Of a stretch of 64,000 nt of DNA, positions 47,987-56,414 are shown piece by piece. A program made the position numbers and the translations under genes. The notes under the pieces were generated by a model. The model was given only the letters and a program-made list of their open reading frames with translations. It was not told the DNA's origin and ran no database searches. The stretch is taken from NCBI GenBank assembly GCA_041660505.1, contig JBAZWG010000002.1, positions 868-64,867 of the forward strand, in the 5' to 3' direction. Every line of letters begins with the position of its first letter. The stretch's first letter is position 1. The DNA comes from Minisyncoccota bacterium (GTDB taxonomy: Bacteria > Patescibacteriota > Minisyncoccia > Phycocordibacterales > JACRKE01).

Positions 47987-49669
47987 ATGCAGGTCATCAC
48001 ACTTATCCCCATCGTCCGTGGTATCGGCAAAGACGAGCTTACCTACTTCTCTACCCTGCCTGTCAAGGTCGGCGACATTGCCACTGTCACCATCAACTCG
48101 CGCGAAGTGCGCGGGATAGTCACGGACGTACTCGACGCGAGAACGGCAAAGAATTCTGTGAAGCGCGGAGACTTCGCGCTAAAGAAGGTTCTGAAGATCG
48201 AGCCGGGATTTATTGCACCATCTGTCATTTCTGTAGCAAAAGAAACTTCTGATTATTTCGCTTGTTCAGTGAGTCAGGTTCTCGGCTCGATGTACCCCAA
48301 AAACGTACTAAACGAAGTTGAAAGTAAAAAGTTGCCGTGCCTGCCGGCAGGCAGGAAAGTTGAAAGGAATCACCCCTCTCCTTCGGGGAGGGGCCGGGGT
48401 GGGGTTGCAATCGAAGGAACCCGGCAAGATCGTTTTGTTTGGATTCAAAAAAACTTAATCAAGAGGAATATGAAAGTCTTATATATTTCACCATCGAATC
48501 ATGAACTAGCAAAAGCTAAAAAAGTTTTCAATGATACTGAAATTATTTGCGTATCGCCGGAATATGGCTTTGTATGGCTACCTTATGTCGATACGATAAT
48601 TTTAGATAACGAAAGTGGCGCTGGCTATCATGATAATTCACGGGCACAAATAGATTTTAAAAAAGTGTACGAATTTCATGCGCTGGAAAATAAACAGCAA
48701 ATAATTTTCGCTGATAACGTGCTTGATCTCAAATATTTCGCAAATCCAAAAAGTGGCCAACATCGGGTGTTGACCACTTTTCCAAAAGTTATGGTGGTAA
48801 AAAAGGAAAAAACTGCTCTGCATAATTCTTGGCTCGTGAGTAAAGAAGCAGTGGGATTGACGGAAAAAATACTTGCAAAAAATTCTAGAATGTTCTTCTT
48901 CGCTCCACGTAAAAGTATCGCGAGTATCACCGTATGTGGTGATTGCGGCGAAACCGTGCAGTGTGAGACTTGCAAACGGCCACTTATGCTCGCACGCAAG
49001 AATGGTAAACGAATATTCATCTGCCAAAAATGCTCTCAAATCACGCAAGTAGATATATCATGTGCAAGCTGTAATAGCTGGAAGTTGAGACCCCTGGGTG
49101 TGACAGTTGACTCTGTCGCTGATGAGCTGGAGCGATTATTTCCCAAGGCGACCGTCTTGCGAGTGTCGGGCGACATCACAAAGACCAAGACCCAACTTGC
49201 AAAAATCATCAAACAATTTTATGCCACATCCGGCGCGCTGCTCGTCGGCACCGAGCTTGCGCTCCCCTATCTCGAACAGCTAATTTCTTATTCTGTAATC
49301 TCCAGTATCGATTCGTTTTTATCAGGCAGAAGTTTGTCAGGTACGGACAAAGCCGCGCGAATTATCTTTGAGGTTGCAACCCTTGCCCATGAAAAAGTTT
49401 TAGTAGAAACAAGCGACCCACACCAGCAATTTTTTCAAGATATTTCTGATGGCGGAGGTTTAACCTCCGCTATGCTAAAAACATATCGCGAACATGAACT
49501 TGCAGAAAGAAAAAAGTTTAACTATCCGCCATACAGTATTATCATAAAAATAAATTCAGAAATATTTTTTATAAATAAAGAGAAGTGGCCGGACGCAGAA
49601 CTCGTCGCGAGAATTCGCGCGTTGCCAAAGGGCTCAACCTACACCATAGACGCAAACAGTGTCGTGTAG
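47987..49669 (+). CDS. priA: Primosomal protein N' (PriA), helicase motifs degenerate
   Basis: N-terminal LTY...VGDIATV 3'-DNA-binding domain, four CxxC pairs, LVGT, ERKKFNYPPY; upstream of def-fmt; ATG 47987 six nt after TACAAT. Confidence 0.82.
   Translation: MQVITLIPIVRGIGKDELTYFSTLPVKVGDIATVTINSREVRGIVTDVLDARTAKNSVKRGDFALKKVLKIEPGFIAPSVISVAKETSDYFACSVSQVLGSMYPKNVLNEVESKKLPCLPAGRKVERNHPSPSGRGRGGVAIEGTRQDRFVWIQKNLIKRNMKVLYISPSNHELAKAKKVFNDTEIICVSPEYGFVWLPYVDTIILDNESGAGYHDNSRAQIDFKKVYEFHALENKQQIIFADNVLDLKYFANPKSGQHRVLTTFPKVMVVKKEKTALHNSWLVSKEAVGLTEKILAKNSRMFFFAPRKSIASITVCGDCGETVQCETCKRPLMLARKNGKRIFICQKCSQITQVDISCASCNSWKLRPLGVTVDSVADELERLFPKATVLRVSGDITKTKTQLAKIIKQFYATSGALLVGTELALPYLEQLISYSVISSIDSFLSGRSLSGTDKAARIIFEVATLAHEKVLVETSDPHQQFFQDISDGGGLTSAMLKTYREHELAERKKFNYPPYSIIIKINSEIFFINKEKWPDAELVARIRALPKGSTYTIDANSVV
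48328..48361 (+). repeat. Composite repeat (CCTGCCGGCAGG palindrome within AAAGTT array), in-frame in priA
   Basis: 32/34 identical to the reverse complement of 51560-51593. Confidence 0.85.
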
Positions 49670-49681
49670 TATAGTAGGGTG

Positions 49682-50254
49682 ATGAAAGTGATGTTGGATG
49701 GCGCACCGGTACTGCGCGAAAAAGCAAGAGAAGTACCTGTACCGGATATCAAAAAAGGCTTATATAAAGCCATGGTTGCAGACATGCAGGCTACGCTCCT
49801 GAAGTGCCACGATGGGGTAGCCTTGGCCGCCCCGCAGGTCGGCAAGAGCATCAGATTATTCGTAATATCGCCAAAAGTATTTCAAGCCGAACAGGAGTTA
49901 GGAGATGGGAGATCGGAGTTAGGGAAATCCAAAACCGTATCCCCCAAACTCCAAACTCCTAACTCCCAACTCCCACGCCTCGTCTACTTCAACCCTAAAA
50001 TAAAAAAAGTTTCTGCCAGTAAAAAAGATCTCGATGAAGGCTGCCTCTCGGTGAACGGCCTCTATGGCAAAGTCCCGCGCAGTACAAAGGCGCTGATTGA
50101 AGCCTACGACGAATACGGTATGAAGTTTACGCGCGGAGCATCGGGCCTGCTCGCGCAAATCTTCCAACATGAAGTCGATCATCTTGATGGCATTCTCTAT
50201 ATCGACAAAGCATCGGAACTCAAGCAATTAGAAAGTAGGAAAACAGATGCTTAA
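49682..50254 (+). CDS. def: Peptide deformylase
   Basis: GVALAAPQVG, EGCLSV, QHEVDHLDG. Confidence 0.95.
   Translation: MKVMLDGAPVLREKAREVPVPDIKKGLYKAMVADMQATLLKCHDGVALAAPQVGKSIRLFVISPKVFQAEQELGDGRSELGKSKTVSPKLQTPNSQLPRLVYFNPKIKKVSASKKDLDEGCLSVNGLYGKVPRSTKALIEAYDEYGMKFTRGASGLLAQIFQHEVDHLDGILYIDKASELKQLESRKTDA
49894..49974. repeat. Inverted 7-mer arrays (GGAGTTR / YAACTCC) in-frame in def
   Basis: GGAGTTA GGAGATG GGAGATC GGAGTTA ... CAAACTC CAAACTC CTAACTC CCAACTC. Confidence 0.82.
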
Positions 50255-51164
50255 TTCGAATGGAAGTTGGGAGTTGGGAGTTGGGAGTTGGGGAAAATAC
50301 AACTTCGTATTTTTTGGTACTTCTAACTTCGCCGTCATAGTTTTAGACGAGCTCAAGGCCGGCGGCTATCTACCGAGTTTAATTATTACAGTGCCTGATT
50401 CCCCGCAGGGCAGAAAGCAGATAATTACTCCTTCACCGGTTAAACTCTGGGCAATTGAACATAATATCCCTATCGAACAACCCGAGAAACTCCTAACTCC
50501 CAACTCCCAACTCCTAACTCCTAACCGTGACTTCGGCATTGTCGTTGATTACGGCAAAATCATTCCGCAGAAAATTATAGATATCCCGAAACACGGACTT
50601 CTGAACGTACACGTGTCTCTTTTGCCAAAATTTCGCGGGGCTTCGCCAATGCAAACAGCAATACTTGAAGGCGAAGCAGAGACCGGCGTAACTATAATGC
50701 AAGTGGTAAAGGGGCTCGATGAAGGCGATATAATTGCACAAGAAAAATTTGATTTGGCTAACTGGCACCCGTATTTTCTTGAACTTGCAGACAAAACCGC
50801 ACATGCCGGCGGTAAATTGCTTGTAAAAATTCTGCCGGATTATCTCGCCGGCAAAATTACACCAATTAAACAAGATAATTCTAAGGCAACTTTTACGCGA
50901 AAATTCGAGGTGCAAGACGGTTTTATAAAACCTGAAATCGTGCTGGGCACAGAGACTGGAGAATTGGCGCAAAAAGCAGAAAGAAAAGTCCGTGCCCTGA
51001 ATCCAGAACCCGGCACCTGGACCGAGTTAAAAATAAGAAATACGGCTCTACGTATAAAGATTCTGAAGGCGCACTTAGAAGTAGATAAATTTATACCCGA
51101 CACTGTAATACCCGCCGGCAAGAAAGAGATGTCGTGGCAAGACTTCAAAAACGGGAATCTGTAA
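50247..51164 (+). CDS. fmt: Methionyl-tRNA formyltransferase
   Basis: FFGTSNFA, NVHVSLLPKFRGASP, ETGVTIM, LDEGDI. Confidence 0.93.
   Translation: MLNSNGSWELGVGSWGKYNFVFFGTSNFAVIVLDELKAGGYLPSLIITVPDSPQGRKQIITPSPVKLWAIEHNIPIEQPEKLLTPNSQLLTPNRDFGIVVDYGKIIPQKIIDIPKHGLLNVHVSLLPKFRGASPMQTAILEGEAETGVTIMQVVKGLDEGDIIAQEKFDLANWHPYFLELADKTAHAGGKLLVKILPDYLAGKITPIKQDNSKATFTRKFEVQDGFIKPEIVLGTETGELAQKAERKVRALNPEPGTWTELKIRNTALRIKILKAHLEVDKFIPDTVIPAGKKEMSWQDFKNGNL
50262..50525. repeat. Two complementary 7-mer arrays inside fmt
   Basis: (GGGAGTT)n at 50262-50293; (AACTCCY)x5 at 50488-50525. Confidence 0.85.
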
Positions 51165-51165
51165 G

Positions 51166-51540
51166 CTACGCCTTCTTAAGACCTTTTAAAATTTTCTTGA
51201 TCTTTCTTGCCCCTCTAGTTCTAAGAGTTTGAGCGCGGTCCTTCTTCGAAACAATTTCGCGCTCGAGCTCATCTTTCATCGCGTCTATGGAAGCATAGAG
51301 GTCGTCTGTCGTAGCCGAGGCGTTATAACTGTCTTTACCCACCTTGACGTGCGCTTCCGCCTTAAACAATAATCCCGAATGATGATGTTTGGTCGTCTTG
51401 CCGATCTCGACTTTTACTAATACAGTGTCGAGCTTCTCTTGCTTAACGAGCAATTTCTTTAGCAAGCCAAACTTCTTCTCGACATACAACTGTATCGCCG
51501 GTGTCAACTGCATCTCTATCGCGTTGATGTTTAACTTCAT
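51166..51540 (-). CDS. hpf: Ribosome hibernation factor HPF/RaiA
   Basis: LTPAIQLYVEKK, DLYASID. Confidence 0.85.
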   Translation of the reverse strand: MKLNINAIEMQLTPAIQLYVEKKFGLLKKLLVKQEKLDTVLVKVEIGKTTKHHHSGLLFKAEAHVKVGKDSYNASATTDDLYASIDAMKDELEREIVSKKDRAQTLRTRGARKIKKILKGLKKA

Positions 51541-51559
51541 AGCGTGAGGTTATTTAATA

Positions 51560-51612
51560 AACTTTCCTGCCTGCCGACAGGCATGGCAACTTTATACTTT
51601 TAACTTTTAACT
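51560..51612 (-). repeat. Composite repeat, second copy (mostly intergenic)
   Basis: AACTTTCCTGCCTGCCGACAGGCATGGCAACTTT followed by ACTTTTA units. Confidence 0.85.
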
Positions 51613-51873
51613 ATTCTGAACACCTCCAGAGCCGCGCATACGTATGCTCGCCGTATCGAAGATACTGAAGAGCTTCGAGGGTGATGTGTGGCCGGAGATA
51701 AGGCGCACAAGCTTCTCCTCTACGCCTAATGTTCTTGCCAAGAGCTCTGTAACTTTCTTATTAGCGAGATTGCGCTCGGCCTTCTCGCGCACCCACATCT
51801 CATACTTGTCAGAAGACACCTTTGTTACACGATCAGCCTTGGCGCCCGGCGTAACCTTAACGTGGATATACAT
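51607..51873 (-). CDS. DUF167/YggU family protein
   Basis: VKVTPGAK, AERNLAN, LISGHTSPSK. Confidence 0.85.
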   Translation of the reverse strand: MYIHVKVTPGAKADRVTKVSSDKYEMWVREKAERNLANKKVTELLARTLGVEEKLVRLISGHTSPSKLFSIFDTASIRMRGSGGVQNS

Positions 51874-51887
51874 ATCGGTAGAATACT

Positions 51888-53087
51888 CTACTTGGTGATA
51901 TTTGTGAATGGGCCTGTGATAGTGTGCTCGTAGCCGTTGTAATACGGGTAGGAAGCAGTGGAAGTTTGGCCCTCTGCGGCCGCATCATCGGTGTCGGCAT
52001 TCTGGGGCGCGATAGTAGCGCTCGAGTTAAGGCCCGTCGCAAGAAGGTCGGTATTCTCATTGATATTAAAGTCTATTGTGCGGTTGACACCGAGGCCGAC
52101 ATCGCCTTTGACGTACGCATTAAACGAGTCGCCGCGCTCGATGCGGATACCATCCTCACCAAAATCGGAATCATAGAAGCGTGAGTCGCTATCGCGAGGG
52201 ACGGCATCGAATTCATACTTCTGCCCGCGATATTCGACGACTGTCTTAACATTGTGTATATCATCTCCACTGGCCGAACCGTTCTGACGCCAAGCAAGAG
52301 AGTTAAGAGTAATAGGCTCCGCACCGCTCAGATCGAAACGCACGCCAGAGAAAGCAACGCCTGCTGAATTCAAGATAATACTCTTGTTCAGAGCCGGGTC
52401 ATACGAGCCGATAGTACCCGTCAAGCTCCCAATGACATACGTCTCATTGACCGTCTGGAATCTGCCGGCGATTGGCAGGCTGCCCTGAACCGGTGCGTCT
52501 GCATCGATTGCCGTAAGTGAGAGCCTCGCCAATTCCCCATCGTGCCCCGTGAGATCGCTCGCCATGGCACCATAGAGCGTGATTTCTTGCGACTCGTCTT
52601 GCTTAATAAGCATTGGCTTCTTTAATCTCAAAATATAAATATGATCTGTATGAGGTGCGAGAACATAGGCCGCATCTTCATATATCCCTAAATACGAGAA
52701 TACCGATTCGCTCGCCATGCCCGTCTGCATGATGGTAAGAGCCTTTACTGTTACATCGGCGCCCTTGGCCGTAAACTTAACTTTGGTAAATTCTGCCCCT
52801 TGATCTGCGGCGACAAGGAGCCGTTCCGCCGGATTTTCTAATTGTTCGACGAGGAGCGCTGGAGCCTCTGTGGCCGGCACGCTGACGACGCTTGCCGTAA
52901 GCGCTGAACTGCTTTGCGCGATCATCTGGGCCAGCTCCTTACGAAGCTCTACTATTTTCTTAAGCAACGCGACAATAAGCTCTTGCTTGCTGTTCGATGA
53001 TTGCACTGTGGCATTCGCCGTCTGCACGGACACGAACGACACCAGAAGCAATAAGCCAAGAGCGACACTTTTAGAAACTGATTTCAT
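51888..53087 (-). CDS. Secreted beta-rich hypothetical protein
   Basis: Signal peptide, short coiled coil, acidic beta-strand-rich body. Confidence 0.7.
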   Translation of the reverse strand: MKSVSKSVALGLLLLVSFVSVQTANATVQSSNSKQELIVALLKKIVELRKELAQMIAQSSSALTASVVSVPATEAPALLVEQLENPAERLLVAADQGAEFTKVKFTAKGADVTVKALTIMQTGMASESVFSYLGIYEDAAYVLAPHTDHIYILRLKKPMLIKQDESQEITLYGAMASDLTGHDGELARLSLTAIDADAPVQGSLPIAGRFQTVNETYVIGSLTGTIGSYDPALNKSIILNSAGVAFSGVRFDLSGAEPITLNSLAWRQNGSASGDDIHNVKTVVEYRGQKYEFDAVPRDSDSRFYDSDFGEDGIRIERGDSFNAYVKGDVGLGVNRTIDFNINENTDLLATGLNSSATIAPQNADTDDAAAEGQTSTASYPYYNGYEHTITGPFTNITK

Positions 53088-53151
53088 GTTGTTACCGTTA
53101 CTATAGCACTAAATAAGCAGATGTGAACCCCGAAATCAAGAAAACAGTGGA

Positions 53152-54615
53152 TTACTTACTATCTTCAGATAACGGCCTCATAAGCGGGAACATCTGCGTC
53201 TCGCGGATAGGTTTGTCTGCCAAGAATGAGAATAACCGCTCGCCGAAGCCGAAGCCACATGTTGGCGGCATACCGTGCTCGAGCATCTCCACGAACTCCC
53301 AGTCCGGCATCATCGCCTCCTCATCTCCGGCCTCAAGAAGTTTGTTCTGTTCCTCGAAGCGTTTGCGCTGGTCCAGTGGATCATTAAGCTCTGAATATCC
53401 CTTGCCGGCCTCACTGCCGGCGATAAGCGGGATGAATGTCTCGGTAAATTCCGGATGCCCGGGCAGACTCTTGGCGAGCGGCATGATGAGCTTGGGTAAA
53501 TGGACGAGGAAAGCCGGGCCGGAAATTTTCTTGCGACAATACTTCCAGAGGGTGTCGGTTAGCCGTTCCTGCGTCTCGCCTTCATACTCAACCCCGAGTT
53601 CTTTAAGCTTTGCTTTGATCTTTTCTGCATCGGTCGCAACTACATCAATACCTGTCTGGCGCAACACTTCGTCGCGGAACTCGATCCTCGGCCAGTTGCC
53701 GGCGAGGTCGAATTTGTGTCCGCGCGCCTCGAACTTTGTCGTCCCGAACACTTCTCGCGCAATAGTCTGATACAAATCTTGCACCAGATTCATTCCGTCT
53801 TCATAGTTCGCATACGCCCAATAGAATTCCAGATTGGTATATTCCTGCAGATGGTCAGGGCTCGTCCCCTCGTTCCTATATACTCGGCCGATTTCGTAGA
53901 TTTTCTCGAAGCTTCCGGCCATTAGGCGCTTCTGCCATAACTCCCCCACTGAAATTCTTAAATATAAATCTATATCGAAATCATTGTGATGTGTCGTAAA
54001 AGGCCTAGCCTCGGCACCGCCGGTCGTGACTTCCAAGGTTGGCGTCTCTACCTCGAGAAATCCCTTCTTCTGCATGAAGTCGCGTGTTACAGCCCAGAAT
54101 TTCGCCTTCTTTATGAACAAATCACGCAGTTCATCACTCTGGAGCAAATCAAGATAGCGCTTCCTGTAACGCGTCTCTTCGTCGGTCAGGCCGTGCCACT
54201 TCTCGGGCAATGGCAAGAGGGCTTTAGTCAGGAATGTCCATGACTTTACTAAAATAGAAATTTCGCCTTTCTTGGTCGTAAAAATAGTACCGCTGACGCC
54301 AATAAAATCGCCCGAGTCAATCACTCTGGTAAAAAGATCATACGATGCGTCATCAACTTCGCCGACTTTTAAAACAACCTGAATGCGACCGGAGAAGTCC
54401 TGAATGTGCGCGAATGTTATCTTGCCCATCTCGCGCCGGAGCATCACGCGACCGGCAGTCGTAACATCAGCACCATCGCCTGCGGCAACAGCCTCGGCGC
54501 AAGTATGCGTCCTCTCGAAGCGGTCGACGTAAGCCGAGACGCCGGCAGCCTTTAACAATTCAAGTTTTTTAATTCTATCGGCTCGTTCTCCTGTCTGTTC
54601 TATTTTATTATCCAT
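53152..54615 (-). CDS. lysS: Lysine--tRNA ligase (class II)
   Basis: LPEKWHGL, RYRKRYLDL, GGAEARPF, YRNEG, HGMPPTCGFGFGERL. Confidence 0.96.
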   Translation of the reverse strand: MDNKIEQTGERADRIKKLELLKAAGVSAYVDRFERTHTCAEAVAAGDGADVTTAGRVMLRREMGKITFAHIQDFSGRIQVVLKVGEVDDASYDLFTRVIDSGDFIGVSGTIFTTKKGEISILVKSWTFLTKALLPLPEKWHGLTDEETRYRKRYLDLLQSDELRDLFIKKAKFWAVTRDFMQKKGFLEVETPTLEVTTGGAEARPFTTHHNDFDIDLYLRISVGELWQKRLMAGSFEKIYEIGRVYRNEGTSPDHLQEYTNLEFYWAYANYEDGMNLVQDLYQTIAREVFGTTKFEARGHKFDLAGNWPRIEFRDEVLRQTGIDVVATDAEKIKAKLKELGVEYEGETQERLTDTLWKYCRKKISGPAFLVHLPKLIMPLAKSLPGHPEFTETFIPLIAGSEAGKGYSELNDPLDQRKRFEEQNKLLEAGDEEAMMPDWEFVEMLEHGMPPTCGFGFGERLFSFLADKPIRETQMFPLMRPLSEDSK

Positions 54616-54783
54616 AATCACACTATTCTACACCGATAACATGGCGCTTGTCTACGTTTAATTAGGCGCCGAAAATTTATGTTGCCAAATGCAACTTTTT
54701 ATGTTTTAATTAGAACAATATCAGTTCCCTACCATCACCCCAATACAGTCCCGCCAGAAGCGGGGCGAAAGGTAAAGTGCTCC

Positions 54784-55230
54784 ATGAAGTCCTTCTTCAC
54801 GCCATGCGAGGTGGCGAAGCTCGTCAACATCTCGTACCGCCAGATCCAGTACTGGGATAAGACGAACTTCATCCGCCCGTCTTACCGGAAGCGCGGGAAA
54901 TACCGCCTGTATACCTTCGCTAATCTCATCCAGCTCAAGGTGGCGCGCACCTTGCGTGACCACGACTTCAGCATCCAGCGTCTGCGCAAGACGATTGTGA
55001 ACCTGAAGGAGCTCTTGCCTCAGGTGGCTCACCCATTGGTGGAGCTCACCTTCCTCATCGAGGGCGAGAAGATTCTCGTCTTCAACGGCGAGGTCCTCAT
55101 GAACGCCGTCTGTAGCCAGAACTACATCCGCTTCGACGTGAAGACGCTTCGCGAGGAGATCAAGACGCAATTCCCCGAGGCGTTCGCGCTGGAACCGCCT
55201 AGCCGCTACGGTGGCAAGGCGGCAAAGTGA
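54784..55230 (+). CDS. MerR-family HTH regulator
   Basis: EVAKLVNISYRQIQYWD...YRLYTF; ATG 54784. Confidence 0.85.
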   Translation: MKSFFTPCEVAKLVNISYRQIQYWDKTNFIRPSYRKRGKYRLYTFANLIQLKVARTLRDHDFSIQRLRKTIVNLKELLPQVAHPLVELTFLIEGEKILVFNGEVLMNAVCSQNYIRFDVKTLREEIKTQFPEAFALEPPSRYGGKAAK

Positions 55231-55251
55231 GGTGAACGGTAATAGTGATGG

Positions 55252-55285
55252 AATCGTCCCGAGTCAGCAATGGCTCGGGACGATT
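55252..55285 (+). terminator. Strong hairpin terminator between the convergent MerR and TerC genes
   Basis: AATCGTCCCGAGTCA-GCAA-TGGCTCGGGACGATT followed by TGTTTT. Confidence 0.75.
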
Positions 55286-55290
55286 TGTTT

Positions 55291-56211
55291 TCATAATTTC
55301 TTCGGGAAGAGTATCGACAGCCACATGGAGATTCCGAGCGCAACACAGATGACCAGAAGCGAAGTGAGAGACGAAAGATGAATATCGATAATATCCAGAA
55401 GCATTTTTGCACCGATGAATATCAAGATGAAGGCGAGACCTTTTTGGAGATGATGAAATTTATGCAAGAAGCCCTCAATCAAGAAGAATAGCGCGCGCAG
55501 ACCCATCACGGCGAAGATGTTCGAGGTGAAGACGATGAAAGGATGCTGGGATATCGCGAACGCGGCGGGGATAGAATCGAAGGCGAAGACAATATCGGTC
55601 GTCTCGACGAGTATTACAATCAAAGCAAGCAGAGTAAAAAATAGTTTGCCATTCTCGCGGACGACGAATTTACCGCCATGATGATTAGTACTGAAACGCA
55701 GATATTTGCGCGCGTATTTTACAACTCTCCCATCCTCCAGATTGGCGTGCTCTTCTTTCCTTTCTGCGAAGAGTTTAACTCCGGTATAGAGCAAGACTAT
55801 CCCGAATATATATAGAATCCAATGGAACTGGCTGATGAGATAGGCGCCGGCACCGATGAATATCGCACGAAAGACTACCGCACCAAGTATCCCCCAGAAG
55901 AGCACTTTATGATGATACTTCTCCTCCAGCTTGAAGTAGCTAAAGATAAGCATTATAACGAAAAGATTGTCTACGGATAGCATCTTCTCCGTCACATAAG
56001 CGCCCAAGAATTCCGCCGCGAGTTCCTTGCTCATGAAGATAAAAACAAGGAAGGCGAACGCGAGCGAGATAGCCACCCAGAACATCGATTGGATAAGAGC
56101 CTCCTTAGGTTCTATCTTGTGCGCACGCTTGTTGAAGTAGCCGAGATCGGCAACAAGAAATGAGACAATAATAAAACCGAACAAGAGAGATAACGATGTT
56201 TGAGGGTCCAT
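55291..56211 (-). CDS. TerC/Alx family metal-efflux membrane protein
   Basis: EKMLSVDNLFV, VLFWGILGAVVFR, ETTDIVFAFDSIPA, SNIFAVMGLR; true start ATG 56211. Confidence 0.9.
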   Translation of the reverse strand: MDPQTSLSLLFGFIIVSFLVADLGYFNKRAHKIEPKEALIQSMFWVAISLAFAFLVFIFMSKELAAEFLGAYVTEKMLSVDNLFVIMLIFSYFKLEEKYHHKVLFWGILGAVVFRAIFIGAGAYLISQFHWILYIFGIVLLYTGVKLFAERKEEHANLEDGRVVKYARKYLRFSTNHHGGKFVVRENGKLFFTLLALIVILVETTDIVFAFDSIPAAFAISQHPFIVFTSNIFAVMGLRALFFLIEGFLHKFHHLQKGLAFILIFIGAKMLLDIIDIHLSSLTSLLVICVALGISMWLSILFPKKL

Positions 56212-56222
56212 TGGGAAAGGGG

Positions 56223-56402
56223 CTATGCCTTGCGCGTGAGCCAGCCGGCGACAAGCATACAACCGGCCACAATATTCACAATAGCATGCGCCGACGCTTG
56301 TGTCTCGGGCAGGCCGACAACAAGCATATAGACATGGGTAACTACCACGACGAACAACCCGGCCATATACAACCACCAACTCATTTTATTATTTTCGTAC
56401 AT
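56223..56402 (-). CDS. 59-aa two-TM protein absent from the ORF track
   Basis: MYENNKMSWWLYMAGLFVVVVTHVYMLVVGLPETQASAHAIVNIVAGCMLVAGWLTRKA*, fills the gap between flanking genes almost exactly. Confidence 0.7.
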   Translation of the reverse strand: MYENNKMSWWLYMAGLFVVVVTHVYMLVVGLPETQASAHAIVNIVAGCMLVAGWLTRKA

Positions 56403-56414
56403 AATATTTCTTAG

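Noticed and set aside
56212-56410. yybP-ykoY riboswitch or N-terminal extension upstream of TerC
   Set aside because: The region is filled by a coherent 59-aa membrane ORF in another frame, and no riboswitch consensus was recognised
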